DNA from: an uncultured Spirochaetota bacterium
GTDB taxonomy: Bacteria > Spirochaetota > Spirochaetia > SZUA-6 > Fen-1364
Direction: 5' to 3'
NCBI GenBank assembly: GCA_963845535.1
Contig: CAWJSK010000001.1
Coordinates: 192,001 to 256,000, forward strand
Length of the DNA stretch: 64,000 bases
This document shows, one piece after another, positions 49,851 through 60,067 of this stretch. The notes beneath the pieces were generated by a model. The model saw only the letters and a program-made list of their open reading frames with translations. It searched no databases and was not told where the DNA came from. Within the stretch, counting starts at the first letter, position 1; the number at the start of each line of letters is the position of its first letter. Position numbers and translations under genes: made by a program.

Positions 49851-51437
49851 TCAGCGGTACATCTGCATGAGCTGGACGAAGTTGTAGATCTTCTTGTACA
49901 CCGCGGCTATCAAGGCGCGTATGTCCCTGTCCATGGAGGGCTTGAGGTCTTTCCAATTGATGAGCAGGGAGGGGTTGGGCCGGACCACGTCATCATGGGC
50001 AATCTTGAGGACACGGGCAATTCCAACGAGGTGCTGGACCGAATCTCCGATCAGGGTGTGCGCCTCGTCGTTGACCTGGCGGAGCGTCATGCGAAGCTGT
50101 ACGAGCGCCTTTCGGTCCCGCTCAGCCCGCAGGGCGATGGTCTTCAGCCTCCGTCCGGTCTCCCCGTCTTCGGCAAGGTCAGCGTCGAACAGGGCGATGG
50201 TCTCCGCTTGCTTGAGTAGCTGGTGGAAAGCCTCCGACATCTGCTGGGATGTCTCCTTGTTGGTCCATTTGCCCTTGATCAGGAGGAGGTCCACGAGCTC
50301 CCTGATGCTCGTGGGCAGGTAGTCGGTGAGGAACGCGCGAAGGTAGTTGAGCGCCGCGACATGCATGAATCCGCCCAGGAGCTTCTGCGCGAACTCGGGG
50401 TTGGCCTTGTCTGAGTAGTTGGAAAGCCGGGTCACCGCTCCCGTCCCGAAGACGGCTCGGGCAAGCTCCTCGATCTTCTGGTTCCTGCGGCCCGAGGCCA
50501 CCTTCTGCGCGGTGGTTTCCGCCTCCGCCTTGATCTTGGACATGTACGGCTCCACGATCCTCTCATGGTGGACCCGCACCATCGGTTTCCACTCCGGGTT
50601 CTGCGTCAGATAGCGCACGATTTTCAAAAGCACCCCGGTCCTCTGCGCTTCCCGGATCCCCTGGAGCGCCTTGCGCAGCCCGTCACGCGTCACGACCTCG
50701 ACGCCGCGATGGGACTTGAGGATGGCGAGCATGCGGTCCCAGTCGGCGTCAGGGTCGACGTTGGGAAGGATCTCCAGGAAGTCCTGCAGCTCCTCCAGGA
50801 TGTGGCTTGCGTCGATGGCCGTAAAGCGCGGCTGGTAGGAGAAATCCCGTTCGGGCAGCCCGCCATCGAACTTCTTGAGGAGGAAATAATAGTCGAAGCC
50901 GATCAGGTCGAGGAGCACGAGCATGCGGTTGTACAGGGCGTCCGTCTCCGCCATGGAGTCCGCGTCGAACCCGTCAAGGAAACGCCTGAGGTCTTCGCGA
51001 ACCTCGGCGGAAATTGAAGCGGGGTCACCCTGCTTGGAGCGTTCGCTGATGGAGCTCTCCGTCAGGCGCTCCCGCAGGGCGAGCTTCTCTTCGGTGAGCG
51101 TCAGATCCACCAGCGTCCCCTTGAGAGCGCCGGAGGTCTCGGCGCCTTTCAGGAGGACCTGTCCGGGCGCCACCGCGCGGTAGATGTCCCAGAAGAACTT
51201 GCCCATTGCCGGCTCGGCCACCGACTGCGACGGGTTGAAAAAACGCGGCCGGATCCTTTTCAGCTCGCTTGCCAGCTCCCGCAATCGTCTCTGCTTCTGT
51301 CTCTCAGGATCATCGCTCAAAAAAAGCGATGCAAGCCAGTCGAGAAAACCCGGCGCGGGCGCCGGCGCGGGCCGGGAGGCCGGGGCAGAGCGCTCCGGGG
51401 GGGGTGCCGCTTGATTGGAGTTCTGGGAACCCATCAT
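49851..51437 (-). CDS. DUF5312-like spirochaete hypothetical protein
   Basis: N-terminal [23 protein letters not shown] and [11 protein letters not shown]...F.Y.P.F recall DUF5312 (recognised from memory). Confidence 0.7.
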   Translation of the reverse strand: MMGSQNSNQAAPPPERSAPASRPAPAPAPGFLDWLASLFLSDDPERQKQRRLRELASELKRIRPRFFNPSQSVAEPAMGKFFWDIYRAVAPGQVLLKGAETSGALKGTLVDLTLTEEKLALRERLTESSISERSKQGDPASISAEVREDLRRFLDGFDADSMAETDALYNRMLVLLDLIGFDYYFLLKKFDGGLPERDFSYQPRFTAIDASHILEELQDFLEILPNVDPDADWDRMLAILKSHRGVEVVTRDGLRKALQGIREAQRTGVLLKIVRYLTQNPEWKPMVRVHHERIVEPYMSKIKAEAETTAQKVASGRRNQKIEELARAVFGTGAVTRLSNYSDKANPEFAQKLLGGFMHVAALNYLRAFLTDYLPTSIRELVDLLLIKGKWTNKETSQQMSEAFHQLLKQAETIALFDADLAEDGETGRRLKTIALRAERDRKALVQLRMTLRQVNDEAHTLIGDSVQHLVGIARVLKIAHDDVVRPNPSLLINWKDLKPSMDRDIRALIAAVYKKIYNFVQLMQMYR

Positions 51438-51442
51438 AGAAG

Positions 51443-51471
51443 ATCGTAGGAGAAAAGGTACCAGCTGTCAA
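51443..51471 (-). promoter_or_regulatory. Leaderless-type sigma70 promoter
   Basis: TTGACA-N17-TACGAT-N5-ATGATG. Confidence 0.7.
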
Positions 51472-51597
51472 ATGGAAAATGGTTTCCGCCGCGTCCGCCC
51501 GACGAGCGCAGCCGCGGCAGAAAAGGCAGAAAAGCGGCGCGTGTTGAAAATGGGAGCGCTTTCCGATAGGATGACGTTCTGCGGAAAAGGAGGACAC

Positions 51598-51762
51598 ATG
51601 CAGAAGTGGATCTGCACCGTATGCGGCTACATCTATGATCCCGGCAAAGGTGACCCGGAAAATGGAGTTGCCGCTGGCACTTCGTTCGAGGGTCTCCCGG
51701 CGGATTGGGTATGCCCGGTCTGCGGTGCGAGCAAGGACGACTTCGAGAAGACCGCGGCCTGA
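51598..51762 (+). CDS. Rubredoxin
   Basis: [19 protein letters not shown]...[26 protein letters not shown] and TTGAAA-N17-TAGGAT promoter. Confidence 0.97.
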   Translation: MQKWICTVCGYIYDPGKGDPENGVAAGTSFEGLPADWVCPVCGASKDDFEKTAA

Positions 51763-52685
51763 GCATCTCCCCCTTCGACGCACAGAGGATCAGTGACCTG
51801 GCCCTGGAGGCCGGGTTCTCTCGCGCGGGCTTCACTCGGGGAGTTGACCAGGCTTCCGTCCTTGTCTGCTGCTTGTCCTGCCATCGCAGCGAGATTGATG
51901 ACCTCTCCACCGCGGATGATCCCCATGGCCTGATTGCCCCTTTCGCCCGCAGGAATTACTACAAGACAGCCGTCCGCATGTTGCGCCGGCTCACTGCTCG
52001 TCTTGACGTGGAGCTGGGCATCCCGAGGAAATCCGTGAGGATCTTCTGCAACTCCCGATTGCCGGAGAAGCCGCTCTGCGTGGCTGCCGGCCTTGCGTGG
52101 CAGGGCAACAACGGGTTGTGCATTACATCAGGACTGGGGTCCCTCTTCGTTATTGCGGGTGCGGTCATCCCGGCGTCCCTTTCCGGTTTTGCCGACCCGA
52201 CACCCAGCCCCACTCATTGCGGATCATGCAGACGTTGTATTGAAGCCTGTCCGACGCGGGCCATCAGGAGTCCGGGGATCGTGGACCGCAGTCTGTGTCT
52301 CCAGGGGCTCGCGGCAAGCGCGGATGCGCTTCCTCCCGACGTCATGGAAAAATGGGGCGCTCGATTGTACGGCTGCCAGGTCTGCCAGTCAGTGTGCCCC
52401 CACAACAGCGGCCCGCTGGAGGAAGCCCCCGCGGCGGACGGAGAGGTCGGCCCGAGCGTGTCCCTTCGATGGTTTCTCTCCCAGGACGCACCGAGCTTGC
52501 AACGGCTTTTTCACGGCACGACCATGGGCCTTTCCTGGATTTCGAAGGAGGCGCTTCTTCGAAATGCGATTGTTGCGGCGGGCAACAGCCGTTACGGCGG
52601 ATTGAGGGAGAGCGTCGAACCTTTTGTCGGAAACGCTTCCCCCGCGCTCAACGCCGCGGCCCGGTGGGCGCTCGAGAGAATCTAG
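51759..52685 (+). CDS. queG: Epoxyqueuosine reductase (QueG-like); start uncertain
   Basis: [16 protein letters not shown]...AGL...[37 protein letters not shown]. Confidence 0.8.
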   Translation: MSISPFDAQRISDLALEAGFSRAGFTRGVDQASVLVCCLSCHRSEIDDLSTADDPHGLIAPFARRNYYKTAVRMLRRLTARLDVELGIPRKSVRIFCNSRLPEKPLCVAAGLAWQGNNGLCITSGLGSLFVIAGAVIPASLSGFADPTPSPTHCGSCRRCIEACPTRAIRSPGIVDRSLCLQGLAASADALPPDVMEKWGARLYGCQVCQSVCPHNSGPLEEAPAADGEVGPSVSLRWFLSQDAPSLQRLFHGTTMGLSWISKEALLRNAIVAAGNSRYGGLRESVEPFVGNASPALNAAARWALERI

Positions 52686-52727
52686 GACAACAACGCCCGG
52701 ACCTTGTACGCCGGGCGTTGCTGGACT

Positions 52728-52985
52728 CTACCGCCTGCCCCCGGCGAAGAAAGCCAGGATCACAAAGATCGGCATGATGACCAGCAGAAGGAGATCTCCG
52801 ACTTTCGGAAGGCCGGCAACCAGATTGTAGTCATATACCGATCTGACGAACAGCATGAAGAGCACAATGAGGAACCAGAGTATCCCTGTAAGGGAGAGGA
52901 AGACGTTACGCTGCCGTGCGAGGTTCCAGATCCCGAGGATTGCGGCGATGATTGCGAGGATCAGGTATACGGTGTTCCATCCCAT
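52728..52985 (-). CDS. Small membrane protein (three TM segments)
   Basis: AAGGAG RBS and three hydrophobic segments in 85 aa. Confidence 0.75.
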   Translation of the reverse strand: MGWNTVYLILAIIAAILGIWNLARQRNVFLSLTGILWFLIVLFMLFVRSVYDYNLVAGLPKVGDLLLLVIMPIFVILAFFAGGRR

Positions 52986-53132
52986 TCTGAGTCTCCTTAC
53001 GTAACAATCTCACGACGAGTTTCACAGAAATGTCGCCGGCGGTCAAGCCGTGGACGGCTCCCTCGCCTCCCTGTCATGCCTTGGTGGGCGTCTCCGAACA
53101 GCCGCGCGGCGCTCGAGCTCCCTCGGAGGCTC

Positions 53133-54215
53133 TCATTTCTCGTAGCGCACCGTTCGACGTATCTCGTCACGCTCCATGGCCAGGCGCACCAGCTCATCCA
53201 GCAGCCTTGGGTAGGAAAGCCCGGATGCCTGGCACATCCTGGGAAACATGCTGATGCTCGTGAAGCCGGGGATCGTGTTGATCTCATTGAGATATACCGC
53301 GCCCGTGCGGCGCTCGAGGAAGAAATCCACCCGCGCCATCCCTTCGCACCGAACCGTGGCGTATGCGGCTTCCGCCGTCGACATGATGCGCTCCTGCGTG
53401 GGGGCGTCCAGGCGGGCAGGCGCCTGCAGGGCTGCTCCGTCCGGATCCACGTATTTGGCCTCGTAGTCGTAGAAAGCGTGGCCCTCCGAAGGGACGATCT
53501 CGCCAGGCGGGAACGCTCGCGGCCGCGAGTTCCCAATGACCGCGCATTCGATCTCCCTGGCGTCGACCCACTTTTCCAGAAGAGCCCGCGTGTCGAAACG
53601 CAGCGCCTCCGGGAGCGCCCGCGCGAGCTGCGTTTCATCGTCCGCCCGCGACGCCCCGAGTGAGGAACCCGCGCTGCACGGCTTCACGAAGACGGGCCAG
53701 CCCAGACGCTGCGCGGCCCCGGCCCATTGGGCCTGCGGGGTTTCCCGATGGATGGCTTCGAAATCCACGACCGGCAGGCCTGCGTCGCGCCACAGCCGTT
53801 TGGCCGCTTCCTTGTCCATGGAAGCGGCGCTTCCCAGCACTCCCGCCCCCACGTACGGCAGGCCGGCGAGCTCCAGCAGACCTTGCACGGTGCCGTCCTC
53901 CCCGAACGTGCCGTGAAGGACCGGAAATACGCAGTCGATTTCGAGCTTTTTCCCGCGGTCGTGAAAGCCGTCCCCCGGAACGACGCTGAGCGGCTCAGAG
54001 GCGGGAAAAAGCGTCAGGAGGTCACCCTGTCCGGCGAGCTCGCGCACCTCGATCCTTTGCTGAAGGTGCCAGCGGCCCGACTTGTCGATGCCGATGGCGG
54101 TGACCTCGTATCGCGTCCTGTCCAGGTTCTTCACCACGGATGCCGCTGAACGCAGCGAGACCTCGTGCTCTCCCGAGCGTCCGCCAAACAGCACACAGAT
54201 TTTCAAGGGTTCCAC
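53133..54215 (-). CDS. ddl: D-alanine--D-alanine ligase
   Basis: LFGGRSGEHEVSLRSA, FPVLHGTFGEDG, GSSLG, FYDYEAKY, NEINTIPGFT. Confidence 0.97.
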   Translation of the reverse strand: MEPLKICVLFGGRSGEHEVSLRSAASVVKNLDRTRYEVTAIGIDKSGRWHLQQRIEVRELAGQGDLLTLFPASEPLSVVPGDGFHDRGKKLEIDCVFPVLHGTFGEDGTVQGLLELAGLPYVGAGVLGSAASMDKEAAKRLWRDAGLPVVDFEAIHRETPQAQWAGAAQRLGWPVFVKPCSAGSSLGASRADDETQLARALPEALRFDTRALLEKWVDAREIECAVIGNSRPRAFPPGEIVPSEGHAFYDYEAKYVDPDGAALQAPARLDAPTQERIMSTAEAAYATVRCEGMARVDFFLERRTGAVYLNEINTIPGFTSISMFPRMCQASGLSYPRLLDELVRLAMERDEIRRTVRYEK

Positions 54216-54216
54216 T

Positions 54217-55755
54217 TCAGTCCTTCCCGCGAGCACCCGGCCCGTCGTATCCGAGGGAGCGCAGCGCTTCTTCAGCCTCCGCGCGCTCGTCCCAGGGTGT
54301 GGGCCCTGCCGGCCCAATGATGCTGCCTTCATGCCCTTTGCCGAGCAGGAGCACGACGTCTCCCGGCATGGCAAGCTCGAACGCCCGGCGAATGGCCTGG
54401 GGCCTGTCAGGGATGAGGAAGAGGTTTTTTCCTCTCACCTTTGCGGCGCAGCCGGCGGCAATCTCTTCCACTATCTTGACCCGGTCCTCACCGCGGGGGT
54501 CCTCGTCCGTGATCACGACAGTGTCACAGGAGCGGGCAGCGGCTTCCCCCTGCATGGGCCGCTTTGCGCGGTCCCGCTCTCCCCCGGACCCGAATACCGC
54601 CGTTATCCTGCCGCTGGTCGTCTTTCGCACCCAGGGGAAAAGCCTCTCGAAAGCGCCCGGGGTGTGCGCGTAGTCCACGATTACGCCGAAGGGCTGTCCG
54701 AGGTCCACGCTCTCCATCCTGCCCTTGACCCCGCGAAGGTTCTCGACAAGAGGGGCAAGGGAGAGCGGATCAACGTCCAGGAGCCGCGAAGCGGTGAGGC
54801 ATGCCGCCAGGGCGTTCTCCACCCAGAACGGGCCGGGGATCCGGATGCGTGCCGCAGCCTCCCTGCCGCCGTATCGCATTCGAAAGCAGGAGCCGCTCAT
54901 GTCTTCCCGCGAGATGACGGCGGCAAGGTCAGCGTCACCGCGCGCGGCGTATGAGTGCACGGGGACGGCGCTGCAGGAACGGAAATACTCCGCGCTGGGG
55001 TCCGCGGCATTCACGACGCCGAACGCCGGAGTCTTTGCCGGCCGCCCCCTGCCCAGGGACCGGAAGAGGTTCGCCTTGTCCGATCTGTACTGCTCAAACG
55101 TGCCGTGGAACTCCAGGTGCTCATGGGTGACGTTCGTGAGAACGGCGGCATCGAAGATCACGTCCCCCAACCGGTTCATGTGCGATGAAAGCCCGTGCGA
55201 CGTGGCTTCCACCACCGCAAACTCTTTCCCGCGGTCCGCCATCTCCCGAAGCATTCCATGGATCTCGCTCGCTTCCGGGGTCGACTGGCGAAACGGATTC
55301 TTGACGATCTGCTCATCCGTCTGGAAAGACACGGTGGAGAGGAACCCTGCGCGCCTTCCCCGGAGAGAAAGCAACTGGGTGATGAACCACACGGTGGAGC
55401 TTTTTCCATCCGTGCCCGTCACTCCCACCACGCGCAAAGAGCGGGAGGGATTGTCGAAGAACTCCGCTGCAAGGGGTGACAAGGCGGTCCGGGGGTTCTC
55501 CACGCGGACATAGGTGACCCCTTCCGCCGTTTTTTCCAGGGGGAGCTTGTGCGCCACGGCCGCCGCGCCCCGGGCAACCGCGTCATCAATGAATCGGTGT
55601 CCGTCCGAATGTAGGCCGTCCATGGCCACAAAGAGGAAGCCGGGCTCGACATCACGGGAATCATAGGCAATTCCGCGAACGCGCCTGCCCACGTCCCCAT
55701 GGGTCTCCAGCACAGGCACGTTGTGGACAATGTCACGAAGCGCTTTCTCCCGCAT
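54217..55755 (-). CDS. murE: UDP-MurNAc-Ala-Glu amino acid ligase
   Basis: GVTGTDGKSST, VEATSHGL, HEHLEFHG, VDYAHTP, DEDPR (non-DNPR specificity loop), GKGHE. Confidence 0.95.
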   Translation of the reverse strand: MREKALRDIVHNVPVLETHGDVGRRVRGIAYDSRDVEPGFLFVAMDGLHSDGHRFIDDAVARGAAAVAHKLPLEKTAEGVTYVRVENPRTALSPLAAEFFDNPSRSLRVVGVTGTDGKSSTVWFITQLLSLRGRRAGFLSTVSFQTDEQIVKNPFRQSTPEASEIHGMLREMADRGKEFAVVEATSHGLSSHMNRLGDVIFDAAVLTNVTHEHLEFHGTFEQYRSDKANLFRSLGRGRPAKTPAFGVVNAADPSAEYFRSCSAVPVHSYAARGDADLAAVISREDMSGSCFRMRYGGREAAARIRIPGPFWVENALAACLTASRLLDVDPLSLAPLVENLRGVKGRMESVDLGQPFGVIVDYAHTPGAFERLFPWVRKTTSGRITAVFGSGGERDRAKRPMQGEAAARSCDTVVITDEDPRGEDRVKIVEEIAAGCAAKVRGKNLFLIPDRPQAIRRAFELAMPGDVVLLLGKGHEGSIIGPAGPTPWDERAEAEEALRSLGYDGPGARGKD

Positions 55756-55762
55756 GGGCCAG

Positions 55763-55833
55763 ATGCTATCCGGCCGGCCGCGGCGCTTCAAGGCCGCCAC
55801 TCGTTTGATCACGGAAACTGAAATCGCTATGCT
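55763..55833. promoter_or_regulatory. Back-to-back leaderless-type promoters of murE and queD
   Basis: Minus: TTGAAG-N17-TAGCAT-N7-ATG. Plus: TTGATC-N17-TATGCT-N6-ATG. Confidence 0.7.
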
Positions 55834-55839
55834 CGATCC

Positions 55840-56205
55840 ATGTACACCGCGCGGATAGAGGACGGCTTTGCCGCCGCCCACTTCCTGGCCCGCTATCATG
55901 GCAAGTGCGAAAAGCTGCACGGCCACAACTACAGGGTCCTCGTGACGGCGGCGGGGACGAAGCTCGACGACGGCGGGATGCTCCTGGATTTCGGCGTCAT
56001 GAAGGATGCCCTTCGCAAGGTGATTCAGGAGATCGACCATACCAGCCTGAATGACCATCCCGCCTTCGCAGACGGCTCCCCGAGCGCGGAGAGGATCGCG
56101 CATTTCATCTATGACAGGATGCATGCGGCCCTTCCTGACGCCAGGCTCACCCTGGTGGAAGTCTTCGAGACGGACAGGAACAGGGCCACCTTCTCTCCCG
56201 ATTGA
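55840..56205 (+). CDS. queD: 6-carboxytetrahydropterin synthase
   Basis: FAAAHFL...CEKLHGHNYRV, DFG, IDH..LND, PSAERIA, VFET. Confidence 0.93.
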   Translation: MYTARIEDGFAAAHFLARYHGKCEKLHGHNYRVLVTAAGTKLDDGGMLLDFGVMKDALRKVIQEIDHTSLNDHPAFADGSPSAERIAHFIYDRMHAALPDARLTLVEVFETDRNRATFSPD

Positions 56206-57920
56206 CCGACCAGCCTGACCTCGGACATCCCTATCTCACCAGCCAGCTGATTGCGTACATCGGCAACAAGCGCGCGTTGCTTCGGTTCCTGCACGAAGTT
56301 TTTTGCCATGTTGCCGCTGACGCAGCCGCGGGGAGCGCGCGCGCAACTTTTCTGGATCCATTCGCCGGCAGCGGCGCGGTGTCACGGCTGGCGCGGATGA
56401 TGGGCTTCTCCGTGGCTGCCAACGACTGGGAGAGCTATTCGTACGTCATCAACTCTTGCCACCTCCGGCTTTCCCCCGCGGAAGCGGATCAGCTGTTTCT
56501 GCCCCAGGGAGGAATGGACCGCGTGCTCCAAGCGCTCAACGCTCTCCCTCCGCCGCCGGAGCCCCAGCGATACGTTGCGCGTCATTACGCGCCGCGCGCA
56601 ACGGAGACCGCGGACTGGACCACGGAGAGGCTGTTCTATACGACTGAGAACGCGCTGAAGATCGATGCCATCAGGCAGCGCGTGGAGGAGATGTATCCCG
56701 GCGAGCCGGCCAGCCCCGCGGACCGGGCGCGAAAGGCAGCCCTGGTGGCGCCGCTTCTCTACGAAGCGGCCACGCACACCAATACCTCGGGTGTGTTCAA
56801 GGCGTGCCATCGCGGCTTCGGCGGGCACGGACGGGACGCCCTCACGCGGATCATGGCGCCCATTCGCCTGGAGCGGCCGGTCCTGGCGAACTCCAGCGCC
56901 CCATGCGACGTGGAATGTCAGGACGCCGTGAAGTTCCTTTCCGGGAGGCCCGCGGACATCTGCTACCTGGATCCCCCGTATGCCGGCCACCAATATGGAA
57001 GCAACTACTTCATGCTCAACACCATTGCGCTCTGGGACCAACCCCCGGTGAGCGAAGAACGGGGACCGGATGGCCGGCTCCTGAAGAAGGCGGGAATACG
57101 GGAGGATTGGGTCCGCACGCGCTCCCGCTTCTGTTATCCCTCCACCGCCCTTGCGGCGCTTCGCGAAGTTGTGCGGGCCGCCGACTGCCGGCACATCGTC
57201 GTCAGCTACAGCAACGAGGGGCTGATCGGGTTGGAAGAGCTGTGCGACGTTCTGTCCGAGACCGGAAGCCTCTCCGTACGCTCGACAGGCTACGTAAAGT
57301 ACCCGGGCGGCAAGCAGAGTCTTGGCCGCAGGACGAGCAACACCGAGCTTGCCCTGGTTGTCGAGCGCAGCGCCGGACCCCGCCCCGCGCGGGCGGATTC
57401 TTCACGGACCCGCGAGGTCCTGCGGGAGGTCGCCATCTCACAGCTCCTGGGAAGGGCGTTCGACCCCGAGCGCGTTCGCCGCTCATTCCGCGCGGTACCC
57501 GAAGGGATCATCCTGGAAACGGCGGAAGGGCCCCGCTTGCTTGCCATGCGGCATCACTGGAGGTTTGCCCCGGGGACGCGCGCGCCTGACTTGGAAGCCT
57601 CCGAGGCTGACCGTTTCATCCAGCGTCTCACCGCGTGCGAGGTGGCCGACGTGAAAGAGGAGATCGAAGTCCTTGTCCGCGTCACGCGAGCGGAGCAGGA
57701 TGGCGCCGAGAGACGGCGGCTTGTGCGTGAGATGCTGAAGCTTTTCAACAAGCTCGCGCACCGCAAATATGCGCGGGAGCTCGCCGCGGTGCTGGAGATT
57801 CTCCAGCGCCTTGCCGCGGAGCTGGGTGATCCGCCAGAGCTGCACGCGGGCCTCAGCAAGGTAGCTGAGACCGCCGCGCGCAGGAACCGGGATGCGCCTT
57901 ACCGCCCCCTCTTGTTGTAG
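56202..57920 (+). CDS. DNA adenine methyltransferase (D12/FokI-like class) with C-terminal extension
   Basis: YIGNKR.LL, FLDPFAGSGAVS (motif I), YLDPPY..HQYGSNY (motif IV), VSYSNEG. Confidence 0.88.
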   Translation: MTDQPDLGHPYLTSQLIAYIGNKRALLRFLHEVFCHVAADAAAGSARATFLDPFAGSGAVSRLARMMGFSVAANDWESYSYVINSCHLRLSPAEADQLFLPQGGMDRVLQALNALPPPPEPQRYVARHYAPRATETADWTTERLFYTTENALKIDAIRQRVEEMYPGEPASPADRARKAALVAPLLYEAATHTNTSGVFKACHRGFGGHGRDALTRIMAPIRLERPVLANSSAPCDVECQDAVKFLSGRPADICYLDPPYAGHQYGSNYFMLNTIALWDQPPVSEERGPDGRLLKKAGIREDWVRTRSRFCYPSTALAALREVVRAADCRHIVVSYSNEGLIGLEELCDVLSETGSLSVRSTGYVKYPGGKQSLGRRTSNTELALVVERSAGPRPARADSSRTREVLREVAISQLLGRAFDPERVRRSFRAVPEGIILETAEGPRLLAMRHHWRFAPGTRAPDLEASEADRFIQRLTACEVADVKEEIEVLVRVTRAEQDGAERRRLVREMLKLFNKLAHRKYARELAAVLEILQRLAAELGDPPELHAGLSKVAETAARRNRDAPYRPLLL

Positions 57921-58888
57921 AAGTACTTGAAGAAGTCCGAGTCGGTGCTCAGCGTCTTGTTGAACTTCGGCAGAAGCGTCTGGTACTCCTGCAGCGCCAT
58001 CCAGTAGTCGGCAAACGCCGGGTCCTGCCTGTAGGCCCTGTTGCGGATGTCCAGCGCTTCCGCGTCCGCCTTCGCCTTGATCTCCTTCGCCTTCTTTTCC
58101 GCCTCTGACTGGATCTGCAGGAGCTCCCGCGTGGTCTGGCCGAGCCATTTCGCCTTCTCCCCCTCTCCGTCGGAGCGGAAGGCCTGGGCAATCTGGTTTC
58201 TTTCCTTGATCATGCGGTCATACACGCTCGGGGTCAGATCGTCGGAGTACTTGATCTGGCGGATGATCACGTCGATGAGCTCCATCCCGAATTGCGGCAT
58301 AAGGGTCCGCGCCTCGTTCAGCATCTGGATGGAGAGCGCCCGGCGTCCTACGGTGATGGGCTCGTACTGGATCTCCGCAAGCGTCGAGATGTTGCTCAAC
58401 GCCGCCGAGCTTTCCGCGGATCCTGCAACGCTGGCAAGGGCGTTGGTCCGCTTGATCTGGCTGATGACGTTGGAATCCCGCACCGCTTCCCGCAGGGGGT
58501 TCTTGGAGATGATCTTCCTCACCTCGGAGTCGATAACGTCATCCAGCCTGCCCTGGGCCTGGGTCATGGAGCCGACGGACTCGTAAAACTTCTTCGGGTC
58601 GGAGATGCGCCACCGGGCCGTGGTGTCAACCCAGATGAACTGGTTCTCCGAGGTGGGGATCCTCTGCGCGTCCCCGTCCCAGGACTGCACCTTCTTGGAG
58701 TATTTGATCACGCTTTCCACGAAGGGGACTTTGTACTTCAGGCCCGCATCCCTCTCCACCCGGACGATCTTGCCGAACTGGACCACCACCGCCTGCTCTC
58801 CCTCCGTGACGATGTAGTAGGGCCCGAGAAGGGACGCGATGAGGAGGACCACGCCGACGATGACCAGAATTACGATTGTCCTTCTCAT
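57899..58888 (-). CDS. hflC: FtsH modulator HflC
   Basis: N-terminal TM, AVVVQFGK, WRISDPKKF, VYDRMIKER..IAQAFRSDG. Confidence 0.93.
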   Translation of the reverse strand: MRRTIVILVIVGVVLLIASLLGPYYIVTEGEQAVVVQFGKIVRVERDAGLKYKVPFVESVIKYSKKVQSWDGDAQRIPTSENQFIWVDTTARWRISDPKKFYESVGSMTQAQGRLDDVIDSEVRKIISKNPLREAVRDSNVISQIKRTNALASVAGSAESSAALSNISTLAEIQYEPITVGRRALSIQMLNEARTLMPQFGMELIDVIIRQIKYSDDLTPSVYDRMIKERNQIAQAFRSDGEGEKAKWLGQTTRELLQIQSEAEKKAKEIKAKADAEALDIRNRAYRQDPAFADYWMALQEYQTLLPKFNKTLSTDSDFFKYFYNKRGR

Positions 58889-59979
58889 TGTGAGCCTCCC
58901 TGCTGGGTTGTCGGTTGGGTGTCTGTGGAAGGCGCCGCGGGGGCAGGGGCCGGCGCGGGGGCAGGGGGTGCCGCTTCCGCCGCAGCGCCGGGGGGCGCGG
59001 CTGCTGCTGCCGGAGCCTGCGCGCCTCCCATGCTCTTCAAGGGAAGGAAGTTCTTCAGGTTCTTGTCGATGAGGTCCGTTCCGTCCGCGTTGGCGAACAC
59101 GCGGTCATACATTTCGTAATACAACCGTGTGCGGACCACGTCCGGGTCTTTGCGGTATTCCCCGAGGACCGCGTTGAACCGCGCGACGTCTCCTTTTGCC
59201 TCGTTCACGCGCTGGATGGCATACCCCTGGGCTTCCTGAATGGTCTGCTCGGCCTCTCCGCTTGCCCGCGGGATGGCCTGGTTGTACGCCTCTTTGCCTT
59301 CATTGATCATGCGGCTCCTGTCCTGGATTGCCTTGTTCACGTCCTCGAAGGCGTCCTGCACGGACCCCTTGGGCGGCACGATGTTCTGCAGCTTCACCGT
59401 TGTCACGTGGATGCCCAGGCCGTAGGACTTGTAGAGATCGTTCATCATCTGCTGACCTTGCAGCTCGATGTTGGCCCTTTCGGCGCCGATCACGTCGAAG
59501 ATCGTACGGTCCCCGACCAGCATGTTGATCACGGATTGTGAGATGTCGCGGATCGTCTTGTGCGGGTCCTGAACGTTGAACAGCCACGCCCGAGGGTCCG
59601 TGATCTGGTACTGGATGATCCATTCCACGTCGATGATGTTCAGGTCACCGGTGAGCATGACTGACTCCGAGGAGTAGTCCGCCGTCGAGTACGTGGAGAC
59701 GATGCCGGGCATTTCAGTCCTGAAGCCGAACTCTTCCTTCAGGATCCTCTGGGTCGGCACGTTGTAGTTCTTCTCCACGCCGAAGGGCACTTTGAAATGG
59801 AGCCCCGGCCCCACCAGGCGGGAGAACTTGCCGAAGTTCAAAACCACGGCCTCTTCTTTCTGATCTACCACGAAGAAGCTCGAGAACAGGAGGATAAGGG
59901 CCAAAACCACGCCGATGGCTATGAGGAGCAGGGCCGGCGTGAGCCTGCGGATCCCCTTTCCAGGGGTGACGTCTGTCAT
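58885..59979 (-). CDS. hflK: FtsH modulator HflK with Ala/Pro-rich tail
   Basis: GPGLHFKVP, MLTGDLNI, VQDAFEDV, IPRASGEA, RLYYE. AGGAG RBS. Confidence 0.93.
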   Translation of the reverse strand: MTDVTPGKGIRRLTPALLLIAIGVVLALILLFSSFFVVDQKEEAVVLNFGKFSRLVGPGLHFKVPFGVEKNYNVPTQRILKEEFGFRTEMPGIVSTYSTADYSSESVMLTGDLNIIDVEWIIQYQITDPRAWLFNVQDPHKTIRDISQSVINMLVGDRTIFDVIGAERANIELQGQQMMNDLYKSYGLGIHVTTVKLQNIVPPKGSVQDAFEDVNKAIQDRSRMINEGKEAYNQAIPRASGEAEQTIQEAQGYAIQRVNEAKGDVARFNAVLGEYRKDPDVVRTRLYYEMYDRVFANADGTDLIDKNLKNFLPLKSMGGAQAPAAAAAPPGAAAEAAPPAPAPAPAPAAPSTDTQPTTQQGGSQ

Positions 59980-60067
59980 AATATCTCCTATCAGCGATTG
60001 CCCGCCCACTATAGCATAGACGGACGGGAAGGATAGCCCGCGGGCCATTATAATGAAGGTTGGCACA

